Source: Escherichia coli (lineage in GTDB: Bacteria > Pseudomonadota > Gammaproteobacteria > Enterobacterales > Enterobacteriaceae). Taken from it: a stretch of DNA of 64,000 bases. This document shows positions 18,327-26,800 of this stretch, piece by piece. The stretch is from NCBI GenBank assembly GCA_902500055.1, contig GCA_902500055.1_4131.1. The stretch is one strand, 5' to 3'. The notes under the pieces are model-generated. The model saw only the letters and a program-made list of their open reading frames with translations, was not told the DNA's origin and ran no database searches. A program made the translations under genes and the position numbers. Positions within the stretch are counted from its first letter, which is position 1; every line of letters begins with the position of its first letter.

Positions 18327-18671
18327 CTATCGATTCGGCATATTCTTTCGTAGTCGCAAGAGAAATTCAACCACTGACCATGTTGTAATGAAGGCAATAT
18401 AAGTTGCAAGGAATCCAGTAAGAATAAATGCAACCAGCGTACTACCATTTGGGGAATCAGTTTTAATGCCGATGACACCATCGGCTACAGTGAAACATGT
18501 AGCCATTAATGTGTAACCTACGTACAACACAAAGAAAAACTCATTCTCCATTGAAGGATAGAAACGGTTAAACACTTTATAAAATTTAAAGTACAGTAGG
18601 ATTATACCAACAAAGGCATAGAATGTAAACAGTGTTGTTATAATATATGAGATTAGGTTCAAATTATACAT
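18327..18671 (-). CDS. Small 3-TM membrane protein (TM family, cluster 2)
   Basis: The start was moved to MYNLNLISY (GGAG SD). YFKFYKVFNRFYP motif and tail ...LRKNMPNR. Confidence 0.75.
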   Translation of the reverse strand: MYNLNLISYIITTLFTFYAFVGIILLYFKFYKVFNRFYPSMENEFFFVLYVGYTLMATCFTVADGVIGIKTDSPNGSTLVAFILTGFLATYIAFITTWSVVEFLLRLRKNMPNR

Positions 18672-18672
18672 A

Positions 18673-19020
18673 TCAACGCTCCGGTAGATTATCACGTAAT
18701 GTTTTAATTCGATGATACATTTTCATACCAATATTACCAAAGATACCATATCCAAGTACTAAAATGTATGCAATAAGCATAGTAATAATTACTATAGTGC
18801 CAAAACTATAATGTACACTACTGATACCCATTGTAGTTTCAACGATTATTTGAGAAACTGAAAGAATCAAAAGTACAACTACAATTGGATGATTTGGGTA
18901 CATTCGGTTGAACAACGTTTTGTACTTAAAGAAGCACAGTACTCCACCGAATAAGAAGTAAACAATGTAAATGCAAGCAACAGCATAGGCAAACATGTTA
19001 GTGTAATAAATCATTTCCAA
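18673..19020 (-). CDS. Small 3-TM membrane protein (TM family, cluster 2)
   Basis: FFKYKTLFNRMYP motif. Tail ...LRDNLPER. Confidence 0.75.
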   Translation of the reverse strand: MEMIYYTNMFAYAVACIYIVYFLFGGVLCFFKYKTLFNRMYPNHPIVVVLLILSVSQIIVETTMGISSVHYSFGTIVIITMLIAYILVLGYGIFGNIGMKMYHRIKTLRDNLPER

Positions 19021-19023
19021 TCC

Positions 19024-19362
19024 TTACTTTTCAGGGATATTAGAACGCCATATATCAATGCGATGAACTAGTCCAAAGAACAACCATACTGGAACGGCAG
19101 CTATCATAACAACAAATGAAAACCCAGTCAACACCGATACCAGATTTAATTCATCAGTACTATACCCACATATCAGTACTTCTAATATTCCCCACGTACA
19201 TGCACAAAACATCAAGAATGAAATTGGGGCATCATAGTAGATACGTTCATATAAAGTAGTATATCGGAAGAATGCAATAATATAGCAAAACATATAATAC
19301 ACCCAAACCAAAGATACTACATAAAATGATACTTTGTTTATTAATTCAAAATATTGTTCCAT
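19024..19362 (-). CDS. Small 3-TM membrane protein (TM family, cluster 2)
   Basis: FFRYTTLYERIYY motif. Tail ...WRSNIPEK. Confidence 0.75.
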   Translation of the reverse strand: MEQYFELINKVSFYVVSLVWVYYMFCYIIAFFRYTTLYERIYYDAPISFLMFCACTWGILEVLICGYSTDELNLVSVLTGFSFVVMIAAVPVWLFFGLVHRIDIWRSNIPEK

Positions 19363-19364
19363 TT

Positions 19365-19646
19365 TTACCCCAATATATATTCAGAGAGTAATGTATTAGC
19401 TTCATCTTTGTTCTTAAGGTAATACATGTAATATAGATTCGGTTCACCATCTTTAGAACTCAAATCGAAGTACTTTAAACTATGTACTTTCATAGTAAAA
19501 ACAAATAATGACTTAAAACCAATCTCACCGTACTTAATAAACAGTTCATCCAAATGAATGTAACTTTTTGATTTGGATAATTCTTTAACGTCTGCATCAA
19601 TTTCAGATAAAAGATGCTTACCTATTAAGTTTTCAAATGAACGCAT
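19365..19646 (-). CDS. Hypothetical protein
   Basis: Intact 93-aa ORF in the tiling. Confidence 0.7.
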   Translation of the reverse strand: MRSFENLIGKHLLSEIDADVKELSKSKSYIHLDELFIKYGEIGFKSLFVFTMKVHSLKYFDLSSKDGEPNLYYMYYLKNKDEANTLLSEYILG

Positions 19647-19682
19647 GATTTTATCCTTTACCGCAATTTTTATGGTTTATTA

Positions 19683-19711
19683 AGAATACACCAGAACATC
19701 AGTTCTGTCAA
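19683..19711 (-). promoter_or_regulatory. Possible sigma-70 promoter TTGACA-N17-TATTCT
   Basis: The reverse complement reads TTGACAgaactgatgttctggtgTATTCT. The -10 is weak. Confidence 0.4.
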
Positions 19712-20349
19712 TAAAAAACTGGATCTTCTTCAGTAACTGGTATTTCTCTACGTACATCACACGAAAGAGGATCAGTAATGAATACATTGCCATCTTTATC
19801 CATCATCACATTACTTGAATGAATGTCTGGTACAAAACGCCCGTGAAACTCTTTCATGATGTTAGCAGCGACCGTTGCAATAGCAATCTCTTCAGAATTT
19901 CCACGCATATCATTCACTGAAGTAGCGTACTGACCAGCATGTGCATAAGAATATAAATCTCCAATTTTAGTACTAACAAAGTCATCATAATTATTTTTTT
20001 GTTTAATTATAGGATAGTACTTGTCCATCTCATACCATCCAAAGTTTCCTTGTTCGTTGGCACTGTAGATCACTGGAAGAAACTTGGTTCCTGCGTTTTC
20101 AATGCAGTACTTTGCATAAGCACGAAAACCATCCCAGCGTGAAGTGGTTACTTTAAATGCACGTCCAGGATAGTTTTTATGTTCAACTACTACAGAGTAC
20201 ATCCCCATTCCAAGCAAAGTAAGTCCAGCAGCTTTAACTTGTGGAAAGATTACGCGTTCAGCATAAGGAATATCAAACTCCATCGCACAACGAGTTTTTG
20301 ATGGACGCAAAATGTCAATTAAAGTTTTGAATATGTCTTGCTTAGTCAT
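19708..20349 (-). CDS. Protein-kinase-like protein (atypical, short)
   Basis: GMGMYSVVV...GRAFKV (glycine loop and Lys) and FVPDIHSSNVMMDKDGNVFITDP (catalytic D-x-H-x-x-N and a DFG-like motif). The start was set at MTKQD after a GAGGA SD. Confidence 0.6.
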   Translation of the reverse strand: MTKQDIFKTLIDILRPSKTRCAMEFDIPYAERVIFPQVKAAGLTLLGMGMYSVVVEHKNYPGRAFKVTTSRWDGFRAYAKYCIENAGTKFLPVIYSANEQGNFGWYEMDKYYPIIKQKNNYDDFVSTKIGDLYSYAHAGQYATSVNDMRGNSEEIAIATVAANIMKEFHGRFVPDIHSSNVMMDKDGNVFITDPLSCDVRREIPVTEEDPVFY

Positions 20350-20378
20350 TACTTTATCCTCTGTAGTTAATACCAACA

Positions 20379-20409
20379 TCATAACAAAAAAGGCTGACCG
20401 AAGTCAACC
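20379..20409 (-). terminator. UUCG-tetraloop hairpin element GGTTGAC-TTCG-GTCAGCC plus U-run
   Basis: Hairpin at 20392-20409 followed (minus sense) by TTTTTTG. It carries an embedded TTGACT, but the -10 is only TTATGA. Confidence 0.65.
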
Positions 20410-20419
20410 TTTTGTTTTA

Positions 20420-21679
20420 TCATTTACCGTATTTGCTCATGATATCCTTTTCCCAAGGAGTTACATTTCCATTTTCGTAATCACGGAAAGAGTCATCAAG
20501 TGTAGTCAATGCATAATCATATGCCTCACCGGATTCAACATCAATGTCAACAGCACCATTCACTACATCAGTCCACGCTTTTTGTAGTTTACGAGCGTTG
20601 TTACCAACTTTATCTTTAATCCAACTAAGATTTCGGTTTATACTCTTCTTATCAGCACCAGCTTTTTCACCAACATCTGCAACCCATTGCATTAATTTCT
20701 GTAGTTCGTTATGGGATTTTTCAGTCATTTGGCGGTCTTGTGACAGTTCAGCTTCCATGTCATCAATTTCTTCGTCTGAATGAACATCATTCTGTTCTAC
20801 TGCACCTTCTTCATCATCACGCATCAGATAACCATCTCGTGTAACCTTCTCACCATGATCAGCTTCATACTTTTTCATAGTATTGAATGCAGCATCCATT
20901 GCAGTTACAAAACGACTCTTTTCACCTTGTACATAAGATTTAAGTGCATCGTTAACTGCATCAGATACTAATTTAATCTTATCGTCTTTACCTTCCAGAC
21001 GGTTTTCTAACTTAGCTAGTACATTCTTAACTTGTTGAGCATTAGCACGGTCTTCTTTACCAATACTATCAAATGTTTTAAGTACGCTTTCAAGACTTAC
21101 TTCCTCTTGTGCAGGCACATCACCTTGTTGCGTACCTTCAAGTGCACGCATTATAGTACTGAATACTTCAGTTGGTTCAGTACTGGTATTTCCACTCATT
21201 GCATCAAGTACAGCTTGTGCTTTGACTTTTAATTCTTCTTTAGGTACAGATTGCAATTCTTTCACAATACCTTGGATAAGTTGTGGTTTATTAGCAAAAA
21301 TCTTACCTAACTTATCAGACAGTTCTTTGACAGGGTTAACCGCCTTTGGTGCTTCTTGTTTTGGTTCTTCTTTCGCAGGAGCAGACTTTTCTTTTTCTTC
21401 ACGTTCCATATCAGCTAGACGTTGTTTTTGTGTAGCATTAAGAAGTCCCAATGAATTAACATAACGTAGCTTTTCTAGCTCAGTCATGTTCTCAGTACTC
21501 TTAACTTCACCTGCTTCTGCGTTTGCCTTACCAGCAAGTCCCGTTCCTTGGTTTCTGGAACCACGTGAACCTTGTCCTGCTTGATAACTATTTTTGCGAC
21601 GATTTCGGTCGGCCCATTTATCCGAGTGTTGTACTAGTCCACCATTACGATGTTTCATATCCCCATTATCTTGTGGCAT
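20420..21679 (-). CDS. Highly charged, Lys/Glu-rich hypothetical protein
   Basis: 419 aa with a basic Gly/Arg N-terminus. It shares the Y(V/L)(N/D)SLGLL...Q segment with 23024..23407. Confidence 0.75.
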   Translation of the reverse strand: MPQDNGDMKHRNGGLVQHSDKWADRNRRKNSYQAGQGSRGSRNQGTGLAGKANAEAGEVKSTENMTELEKLRYVNSLGLLNATQKQRLADMEREEKEKSAPAKEEPKQEAPKAVNPVKELSDKLGKIFANKPQLIQGIVKELQSVPKEELKVKAQAVLDAMSGNTSTEPTEVFSTIMRALEGTQQGDVPAQEEVSLESVLKTFDSIGKEDRANAQQVKNVLAKLENRLEGKDDKIKLVSDAVNDALKSYVQGEKSRFVTAMDAAFNTMKKYEADHGEKVTRDGYLMRDDEEGAVEQNDVHSDEEIDDMEAELSQDRQMTEKSHNELQKLMQWVADVGEKAGADKKSINRNLSWIKDKVGNNARKLQKAWTDVVNGAVDIDVESGEAYDYALTTLDDSFRDYENGNVTPWEKDIMSKYGK

Positions 21680-21683
21680 ATTT

Positions 21684-22226
21684 TTAATCCTCTATCCATG
21701 TTTGATTGTATAAAATACGACGTATTGTTTTTTTACATACACGGTATTTATTACAATTTTCTCGTGCATATTCTATCACATCATTATAATTATCATTATA
21801 ATCTTTTCTTATTTCTCTTACAATTTCCCATGTCAACACAGCAGCACCACGATTAGTTGTTGCGTTACCATGTGAATAAGAATATAGTACGTTTTCAGAT
21901 GCTGTGTTCCATTCCAAATTCAAATAGTGATTGTTACTTCTATTACAATCTTTATGGTTTATGTGAACAACTTTTTTCTTTGTTCTACTCGCCCACTGTA
22001 ACTGTTTCTGTGTGGGTGGTGGTAAAAATGCTTCAGCTACTAGTCGATGAATCGCCTTTCTATTTTTCACAGAATTGCGATACAAATCGACCTTCACATA
22101 CCCATCTTTATTTTTAAATCCACAACTTATATATCCAGTTTGTTCGTTTCTTACTCTTCCATGATCAGAAATTGAATAGTCATAATCAGGAATTAATTTC
22201 CAACGTTCCATGTTTATTTCTTCCAT
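21684..22226 (-). CDS. HNH homing endonuclease (NUMOD4-type N-terminus plus HNH_3-like core)
   Basis: ERWKLIPDYDYSISDHGRVRN, IHRLVAEAF and HINHKDCNRSNNHYLNLEWNTASEN. Confidence 0.85.
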   Translation of the reverse strand: MEEINMERWKLIPDYDYSISDHGRVRNEQTGYISCGFKNKDGYVKVDLYRNSVKNRKAIHRLVAEAFLPPPTQKQLQWASRTKKKVVHINHKDCNRSNNHYLNLEWNTASENVLYSYSHGNATTNRGAAVLTWEIVREIRKDYNDNYNDVIEYARENCNKYRVCKKTIRRILYNQTWIED

Positions 22227-22254
22227 TATATATAAAGGTTGACCGAAGTCAACC
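22225..22254 (-). promoter_or_regulatory. Composite hairpin element GGTTGAC-TTCG-GTCAACC with embedded TTGACT-N16-TATAAT
   Basis: Perfect 7-bp stem at 22237-22254. TATAAT at 22225-22230 (minus sense). Confidence 0.6.
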
Positions 22255-22276
22255 CTATTTTCACTGTACTATACCA

Positions 22277-22573
22277 TTAGTAGTTACAGTCAGCTTTCGC
22301 TGTGAATGTTTTACTTTCTCCGCGTTGTGTGGTGATTCGTCCGAGTAAAGTAGTTTTGTCAATAGTCATTGTAGTTAGTACTGGAACATTACCTTCAAAG
22401 TCAATAGCTTTGAAATTGTAGGTGGTTTCATTCTCCACTACACTTGGACCAAAGAGTTCATATGTGTTGATTTCAAGTGTGTCACCATCTGAACGCAACA
22501 GTGTGCAGTCCAGATTAGGAGTAGCCAGTACAGGGAAAGCCAAACACATTATCATTGCTATAATTAATTTCAT
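22277..22573 (-). CDS. Small secreted protein (signal peptide)
   Basis: N-terminus MKLIIAMIMCLAFPVLATP. Related in pattern to 26448..26798 and 27191..27550. Confidence 0.7.
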   Translation of the reverse strand: MKLIIAMIMCLAFPVLATPNLDCTLLRSDGDTLEINTYELFGPSVVENETTYNFKAIDFEGNVPVLTTMTIDKTTLLGRITTQRGESKTFTAKADCNY

Positions 22574-22833
22574 TTCACTTCTCCTGATTTTTTCTTAGGA
22601 TCAACCAATGACCAAATGAAGAATCCGAGAATTACAAGTACCCACAGAATCATGATAAAGAAAGCAAACAGTACAATAGTATTTGTCAAAAAGAAATACA
22701 ATAGAATGTTCGACCCAATACTACATACAATCAATGCAGCTTCATGTTTAACAACACGAATGGCTGTAATGAGTGCGGGAAGAAATCCGACAAATAACAG
22801 TACTAACGCATATAGTGATAATGTTTCAGCCAT
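22570..22833 (-). CDS. Small membrane protein
   Basis: 87 aa with three hydrophobic segments. ATGA overlap with the downstream gene. Confidence 0.7.
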   Translation of the reverse strand: MAETLSLYALVLLFVGFLPALITAIRVVKHEAALIVCSIGSNILLYFFLTNTIVLFAFFIMILWVLVILGFFIWSLVDPKKKSGEVK

Positions 22834-22841
22834 GATATCCC

Positions 22842-22955
22842 TTATTTGGTTTGTTCAACACTAGGTGTATTGATATAGGTGTCAATTGAATAACATACTG
22901 TACCCACTACAACAGCAGCGATTAGGGCAGCAACTACAAATTTCAAACCTTGCAT
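22842..22955 (-). CDS. 37-aa single-TM peptide (below the track cutoff)
   Basis: My own translation is MQGLKFVVAALIAAVVVGTVCYSIDTYINTPSVEQTK. A GAGGT SD lies 7 nt upstream. Confidence 0.5.
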   Translation of the reverse strand: MQGLKFVVAALIAAVVVGTVCYSIDTYINTPSVEQTK

Positions 22956-22984
22956 ATATGATACCTCAGTTATATTGAGAAGTT

Positions 22985-23016
22985 ATGATACAACAAAGGG
23001 CTGACCTTAGTCAACC
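22985..23016 (-). promoter_or_regulatory. Composite hairpin element GGTTGAC-TAAG-GTCAGCC with TTGACT-N18-TATCAT
   Basis: Hairpin at 22999-23016. The -10-like TATCAT is at 22985-22990. Confidence 0.5.
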
Positions 23017-23023
23017 ATTTTTA

Positions 23024-23407
23024 TTACTTCTTGAACTTATGTTTTTCACTTTCGATTGCATTCACGATTTCATCATGAATTTTACGAAGATTGTGAGTTT
23101 TCTTTAGAGAATCATGCAATGCACGGAATGCAGAGTGTACAGTTGCTTTAAAGTGCTCTTTAGGAGTTACTTTAAGTTTCTCGATAATATCACGTACATA
23201 GATTGGGTGATCCTCAAACACACGATTAAGCTCATGGCCTAGTGATTCTAGGCTAAATGCTTTTTCACGGGATGGACGATCATGTGCAAGACTTTGGTCT
23301 GGTTTTAGAAGACCTAGTGAATCTAGATACTTGTGCTTATGTGCATTGTCTAGACCAGAAATATCAACATCATGTGATGGATCTTTCTTATTCCATTTAC
23401 CAACCAT
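23024..23407 (-). CDS. Hypothetical protein (short paralog of 20420..21679)
   Basis: The segment KYLDSLGLLKPDQ...IIEKLKVTPKEHFKA parallels RYVNSLGLLNATQ...IVKELQSVPKEELKV. Confidence 0.7.
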   Translation of the reverse strand: MVGKWNKKDPSHDVDISGLDNAHKHKYLDSLGLLKPDQSLAHDRPSREKAFSLESLGHELNRVFEDHPIYVRDIIEKLKVTPKEHFKATVHSAFRALHDSLKKTHNLRKIHDEIVNAIESEKHKFKK

Positions 23408-23522
23408 TTTTATAACTCCTATAAGAGATAAATTTTACTATAATATTTATAGTTCCGTTGTCATTTATATCGAATGACATAAAACATTATATCATAATAA
23501 GAATGGTTGTCCCAAAGTTAAA

Positions 23523-23966
23523 TTAGTACTGATCAAGTTCAGATGTAAAAATGAATGCATCCATGTCTTCCAACGTAAGTTTTAAGTCTGGTACATACTT
23601 AAGAATAACGCACTCTGGCTTCTTAATAGCAGCTTGATAAGCAGCAATGGCAAGGGATTCCAACTGCTGTGCTGTATAATTTTTCCGTTCTGCATTAAAA
23701 ACTTTGTTTTTGATATCACCACCTGGGAGTTTTTCAAACTCACGCATAACTGCGGCAAGAACATCGTCGGCAGTGTTACTATATACCCATTGGGGTAATT
23801 GCATTACATTATAAATCACACCACTATCATCCATCAAAGAGATCCATTTATATCCATCACTCGCACTGAACAAACGCCCTTTTAGTACTGTATTATTGGT
23901 TAAATTTACAAATGCAAAAATATCTTGTTCGTTAAGTTCAATACTATTAACATTTACCCAACTCAT
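23523..23966 (-). CDS. Hypothetical protein
   Basis: The start was moved to MSWVNVNS to clear the upstream stop at 23980. Confidence 0.7.
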   Translation of the reverse strand: MSWVNVNSIELNEQDIFAFVNLTNNTVLKGRLFSASDGYKWISLMDDSGVIYNVMQLPQWVYSNTADDVLAAVMREFEKLPGGDIKNKVFNAERKNYTAQQLESLAIAAYQAAIKKPECVILKYVPDLKLTLEDMDAFIFTSELDQY

Positions 23967-23979
23967 TACGATTCCCCAT

Positions 23980-24552
23980 TCATAAATCACGAACAATATT
24001 CATTAAACACAATTTAGGCTTTATAGAATTCAAAACCCATATGCACTCTTTGTAAGTAGCTATTATATCATCTAAATGCTCAGTCACAATACTTTCTTGA
24101 AAATATTCTTCATCATTGAGCTTTGCTAATTTAGTAACATCACATGTAGGCACTATAGGTCTGGATTGTACACCCATTCCATTATTGATATTAGTGAAAT
24201 GTACAAAATGGTACTTCACAACACCTTTATCTAGATTTATTATACATGACAAATTTTCCAACTCAGTTAGTTTTTTATTACAAGTAACATTAATGAAACC
24301 AGCATTATAGGCTCTATAATCATCTACTGATATCTCAAAATCATTACGTTCAAATATAAGTGAAATGAGTTGGTCCAGTGGTTTGACATTCATATATTTT
24401 AATGAATTTACGTATGATACTTCAATCTTAGATGAAATTATCTTTTTACTAAGTGCAGTTAAATCTTTGTTAGATTTAACTGTTAAAACAATAGGTTTAA
24501 ACCTAGAACTTTTGTTCTTTTTTGATACTTTAAAACGACCTTTACGATTCAT
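23980..24552 (-). CDS. Hypothetical protein, F-Q-x-S motif family member
   Basis: The start was moved to MNRKGRFKV (GAGGA SD). C-terminal motif DEEYFQESIV. Confidence 0.7.
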   Translation of the reverse strand: MNRKGRFKVSKKNKSSRFKPIVLTVKSNKDLTALSKKIISSKIEVSYVNSLKYMNVKPLDQLISLIFERNDFEISVDDYRAYNAGFINVTCNKKLTELENLSCIINLDKGVVKYHFVHFTNINNGMGVQSRPIVPTCDVTKLAKLNDEEYFQESIVTEHLDDIIATYKECIWVLNSIKPKLCLMNIVRDL

Positions 24553-24559
24553 AATTTCC

Positions 24560-24781
24560 TCAATTAATAATTTCACATTTAACGTGTGGTTTATATAGCA
24601 TAATTAACCCATTTTTAAGTACAATGATTGTTGCTCTGTTAGTAATCGAAACGTTTTTAATTATACTTTTTTTATATGTTTCAACATATTTCTCTTCATA
24701 ATTTATACATTTAACATATTCTTTTTGTTTAGCACTTACAACAGTACTGAATAATATCAGTACAAGTACTATATATTTCAT
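24560..24781 (-). CDS. Small secreted protein
   Basis: Signal peptide MKYIVLVLILFSTVVSAKQ. Confidence 0.65.
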   Translation of the reverse strand: MKYIVLVLILFSTVVSAKQKEYVKCINYEEKYVETYKKSIIKNVSITNRATIIVLKNGLIMLYKPHVKCEIIN

Positions 24782-24833
24782 TACTATACCTTATAAACAA
24801 AAAGGAATTCATTTAAGAATTCCTATTTTACAA

Positions 24834-25127
24834 TCATTTATCTAACATACCATTGTGTAAACGTTCATATACTTCAGTTCGACGCAAATTCACAATATCT
24901 TCTGCGTATTTTAATGTAAATGCCCATGCTTTTGGATGTACGTTAAGCTTCATACGAATTCGATTTTTCATCAACTCTCCACTTAAACGAATAAATTCGT
25001 GTACACCACGACTACCGTATTCAGTAATTAAATCATTAATGTACATATCACGAAGAGTTTCATCTGCACATTCTTTAACCATTTCTACGTCAGCGACGAT
25101 GCTTTCATTAACTGAAGTACTGATCAT
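24834..25127 (-). CDS. Hypothetical protein
   Basis: Intact ORF. The antisense + ORF 24853..25146 was rejected. Confidence 0.65.
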   Translation of the reverse strand: MISTSVNESIVADVEMVKECADETLRDMYINDLITEYGSRGVHEFIRLSGELMKNRIRMKLNVHPKAWAFTLKYAEDIVNLRRTEVYERLHNGMLDK

Positions 25128-25138
25128 TTTAATTTACC

Positions 25139-25405
25139 TTATTTAAATTCGACTGTAATTTTATCACCTTCAACTACGAACTTACAGTTGTAGCGACGTG
25201 CCATATCCATGTACATATGCTCAGAGTACCAAGGAACATCAATAATCGGATGCTCTGCATATTGTAGAACTTCACGGTCGCCCACTGTAGTAATGATGAA
25301 AGGAATGTTCATCTCTCGTAAAAACAGTTCAGCACCAGGAGAACGATTAATAAATTCAGTATCATTACGTAAAGTAAATCCATTATATTGTAATTTAAGC
25401 TTCAT
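25139..25405 (-). CDS. Hypothetical protein
   Basis: Intact 88-aa ORF in the tiling. Confidence 0.65.
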   Translation of the reverse strand: MKLKLQYNGFTLRNDTEFINRSPGAELFLREMNIPFIITTVGDREVLQYAEHPIIDVPWYSEHMYMDMARRYNCKFVVEGDKITVEFK

Positions 25406-25419
25406 ATGTTATCCTCTAT

Positions 25420-25764
25420 TCAATACCATTCTTTAAAACCATTAAGTTCGGCTACGTGAGTGATTATAACACATATAACATTCAGGTCAAGTATAATTTG
25501 ATCATAATTTAATTTTATACGATCATCATTATATGCTCTAAAAACTACATCGTAATCAAAGAAATTTGCGTTTTCATCATTCATTGAAACGATTCGGTAT
25601 CTACGTCTTCCATCTGTATTGAATATAGTTAAACACTGTTGAAACTTTCTCATTAACTGTTTAGATAGGATATTATAATATTCAATATCTTTTTGTGAAT
25701 TACGTGGGTCATCAGGAAGATAGAATGAAACAAATTTCTTTAATTCTATTTGAGTTTTATCCAT
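25420..25764 (-). CDS. Hypothetical protein
   Basis: Intact 114-aa ORF in the tiling. Confidence 0.65.
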   Translation of the reverse strand: MDKTQIELKKFVSFYLPDDPRNSQKDIEYYNILSKQLMRKFQQCLTIFNTDGRRRYRIVSMNDENANFFDYDVVFRAYNDDRIKLNYDQIILDLNVICVIITHVAELNGFKEWY

Positions 25765-26197
25765 ATATTACCTCATGTGTTTCTCTTTTACTTTGTCGGA
25801 ACTCATCCTTTGCTTCCTTAACTGACATGATACGAACTAATTTAGCACTACCGCAATAGTACTGAACCTGATTACGACCAATGTCTACATGGTGGTCTGG
25901 AACTTCATATACAGATATAGCAAACCCAGCACGATGCAATTTACCTAAGTCCATAGTGAAGAATCTGAACAAATCTTTCAAACTTTGACAGCCAAATACC
26001 CATCCACTTTTGATTGAATAGATCCCATCCTCAGTTGGTTCAGGTTGGAATTGAGAAGGTGTAGTCATGAGCAAACGGTCAAATCCATTTTTAGTACTGT
26101 ATCTGGTTGAATACCGTGCAAACGGACCTACAGTTCGTGCAGGATCTAAGTTAGGTTCAATGTAACTAAATTTAAGTTCAAAACGATATACATACAT
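25757..26197 (-). CDS. Hypothetical protein
   Basis: Intact 146-aa ORF in the tiling. Confidence 0.7.
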   Translation of the reverse strand: MYVYRFELKFSYIEPNLDPARTVGPFARYSTRYSTKNGFDRLLMTTPSQFQPEPTEDGIYSIKSGWVFGCQSLKDLFRFFTMDLGKLHRAGFAISVYEVPDHHVDIGRNQVQYYCGSAKLVRIMSVKEAKDEFRQSKRETHEVIYG

Positions 26198-26225
26198 AAT
26201 TAAAATCCTCTAATTTATTAAGAGA

Positions 26226-26257
26226 ATTATAACAAAAAAGGCTGACCGAAGTCAACC
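26226..26257 (-). promoter_or_regulatory. Composite hairpin element GGTTGAC-TTCG-GTCAGCC with TTGACT-N18-TATAAT
   Basis: Hairpin at 26240-26257 plus TTTTTTG. TATAAT at 26226-26231 (minus sense). Confidence 0.6.
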
Positions 26258-26443
26258 TTTGTTTTGAAGTTCTTGAACTAATTGTCGTACTTCGTTAATA
26301 TTATTACACTGCTTTACAGTGAAGTAATCATACTTACGACCATAGGTTCTTGGGTCATCACCTTCCATATACTGCTGCACATCAAAGATTTGTAAGTAGG
26401 GATGCTGCATAACACGAATATTTTCACTTTGATAAATCAACAT
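26252..26443 (-). CDS. Hypothetical 63-aa protein
   Basis: The start was moved to MLIYQSEN, clearing the upstream stop at 26448. AAGGA SD. Confidence 0.6.
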   Translation of the reverse strand: MLIYQSENIRVMQHPYLQIFDVQQYMEGDDPRTYGRKYDYFTVKQCNNINEVRQLVQELQNKG

Positions 26444-26447
26444 AATA

Positions 26448-26798
26448 TCAATCCTTATATTTACACAAGCCACCAAAACTAGTTTCTTTAGCACCACGAC
26501 GCATCATAACTAATTTAGCATATTGTGTACCATTACTATCTTCATATACATCTACTTCAATAAACGCTAAGAAGTTAGGGTCTGTGTCGTTAGAAAACTC
26601 AGTGAAGCTAATGTCGCCTACTGTATGCTCTTTAACAAACGTATATGATTGTCCATCAATATATACAATATCTCGATCGTCACTATCACCTTGATAGATA
26701 TGTTTAATATTACCATCTGTACAAACTAAACCTTCCAATGGTTCAGCATATGACAATCCACACATTAACATACATACAAAAAATAAAATAATTTTCAT
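26448..26798 (-). CDS. Small secreted protein (paralog set with 27191..27550)
   Basis: Signal peptide MKIILFFVCMLMCGLSYAEP. Core pattern C..G......G......V.IDG..Y.F. Confidence 0.7.
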   Translation of the reverse strand: MKIILFFVCMLMCGLSYAEPLEGLVCTDGNIKHIYQGDSDDRDIVYIDGQSYTFVKEHTVGDISFTEFSNDTDPNFLAFIEVDVYEDSNGTQYAKLVMMRRGAKETSFGGLCKYKD

Positions 26799-26800
26799 GA

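Noticed and set aside
18068-18481. A 137-aa minus-strand ORF overlapping 18063..18317 and 18327..18671.
   Set aside because: It is in a different frame from two ORFs that have paralogs elsewhere in the window. It has no independent support.
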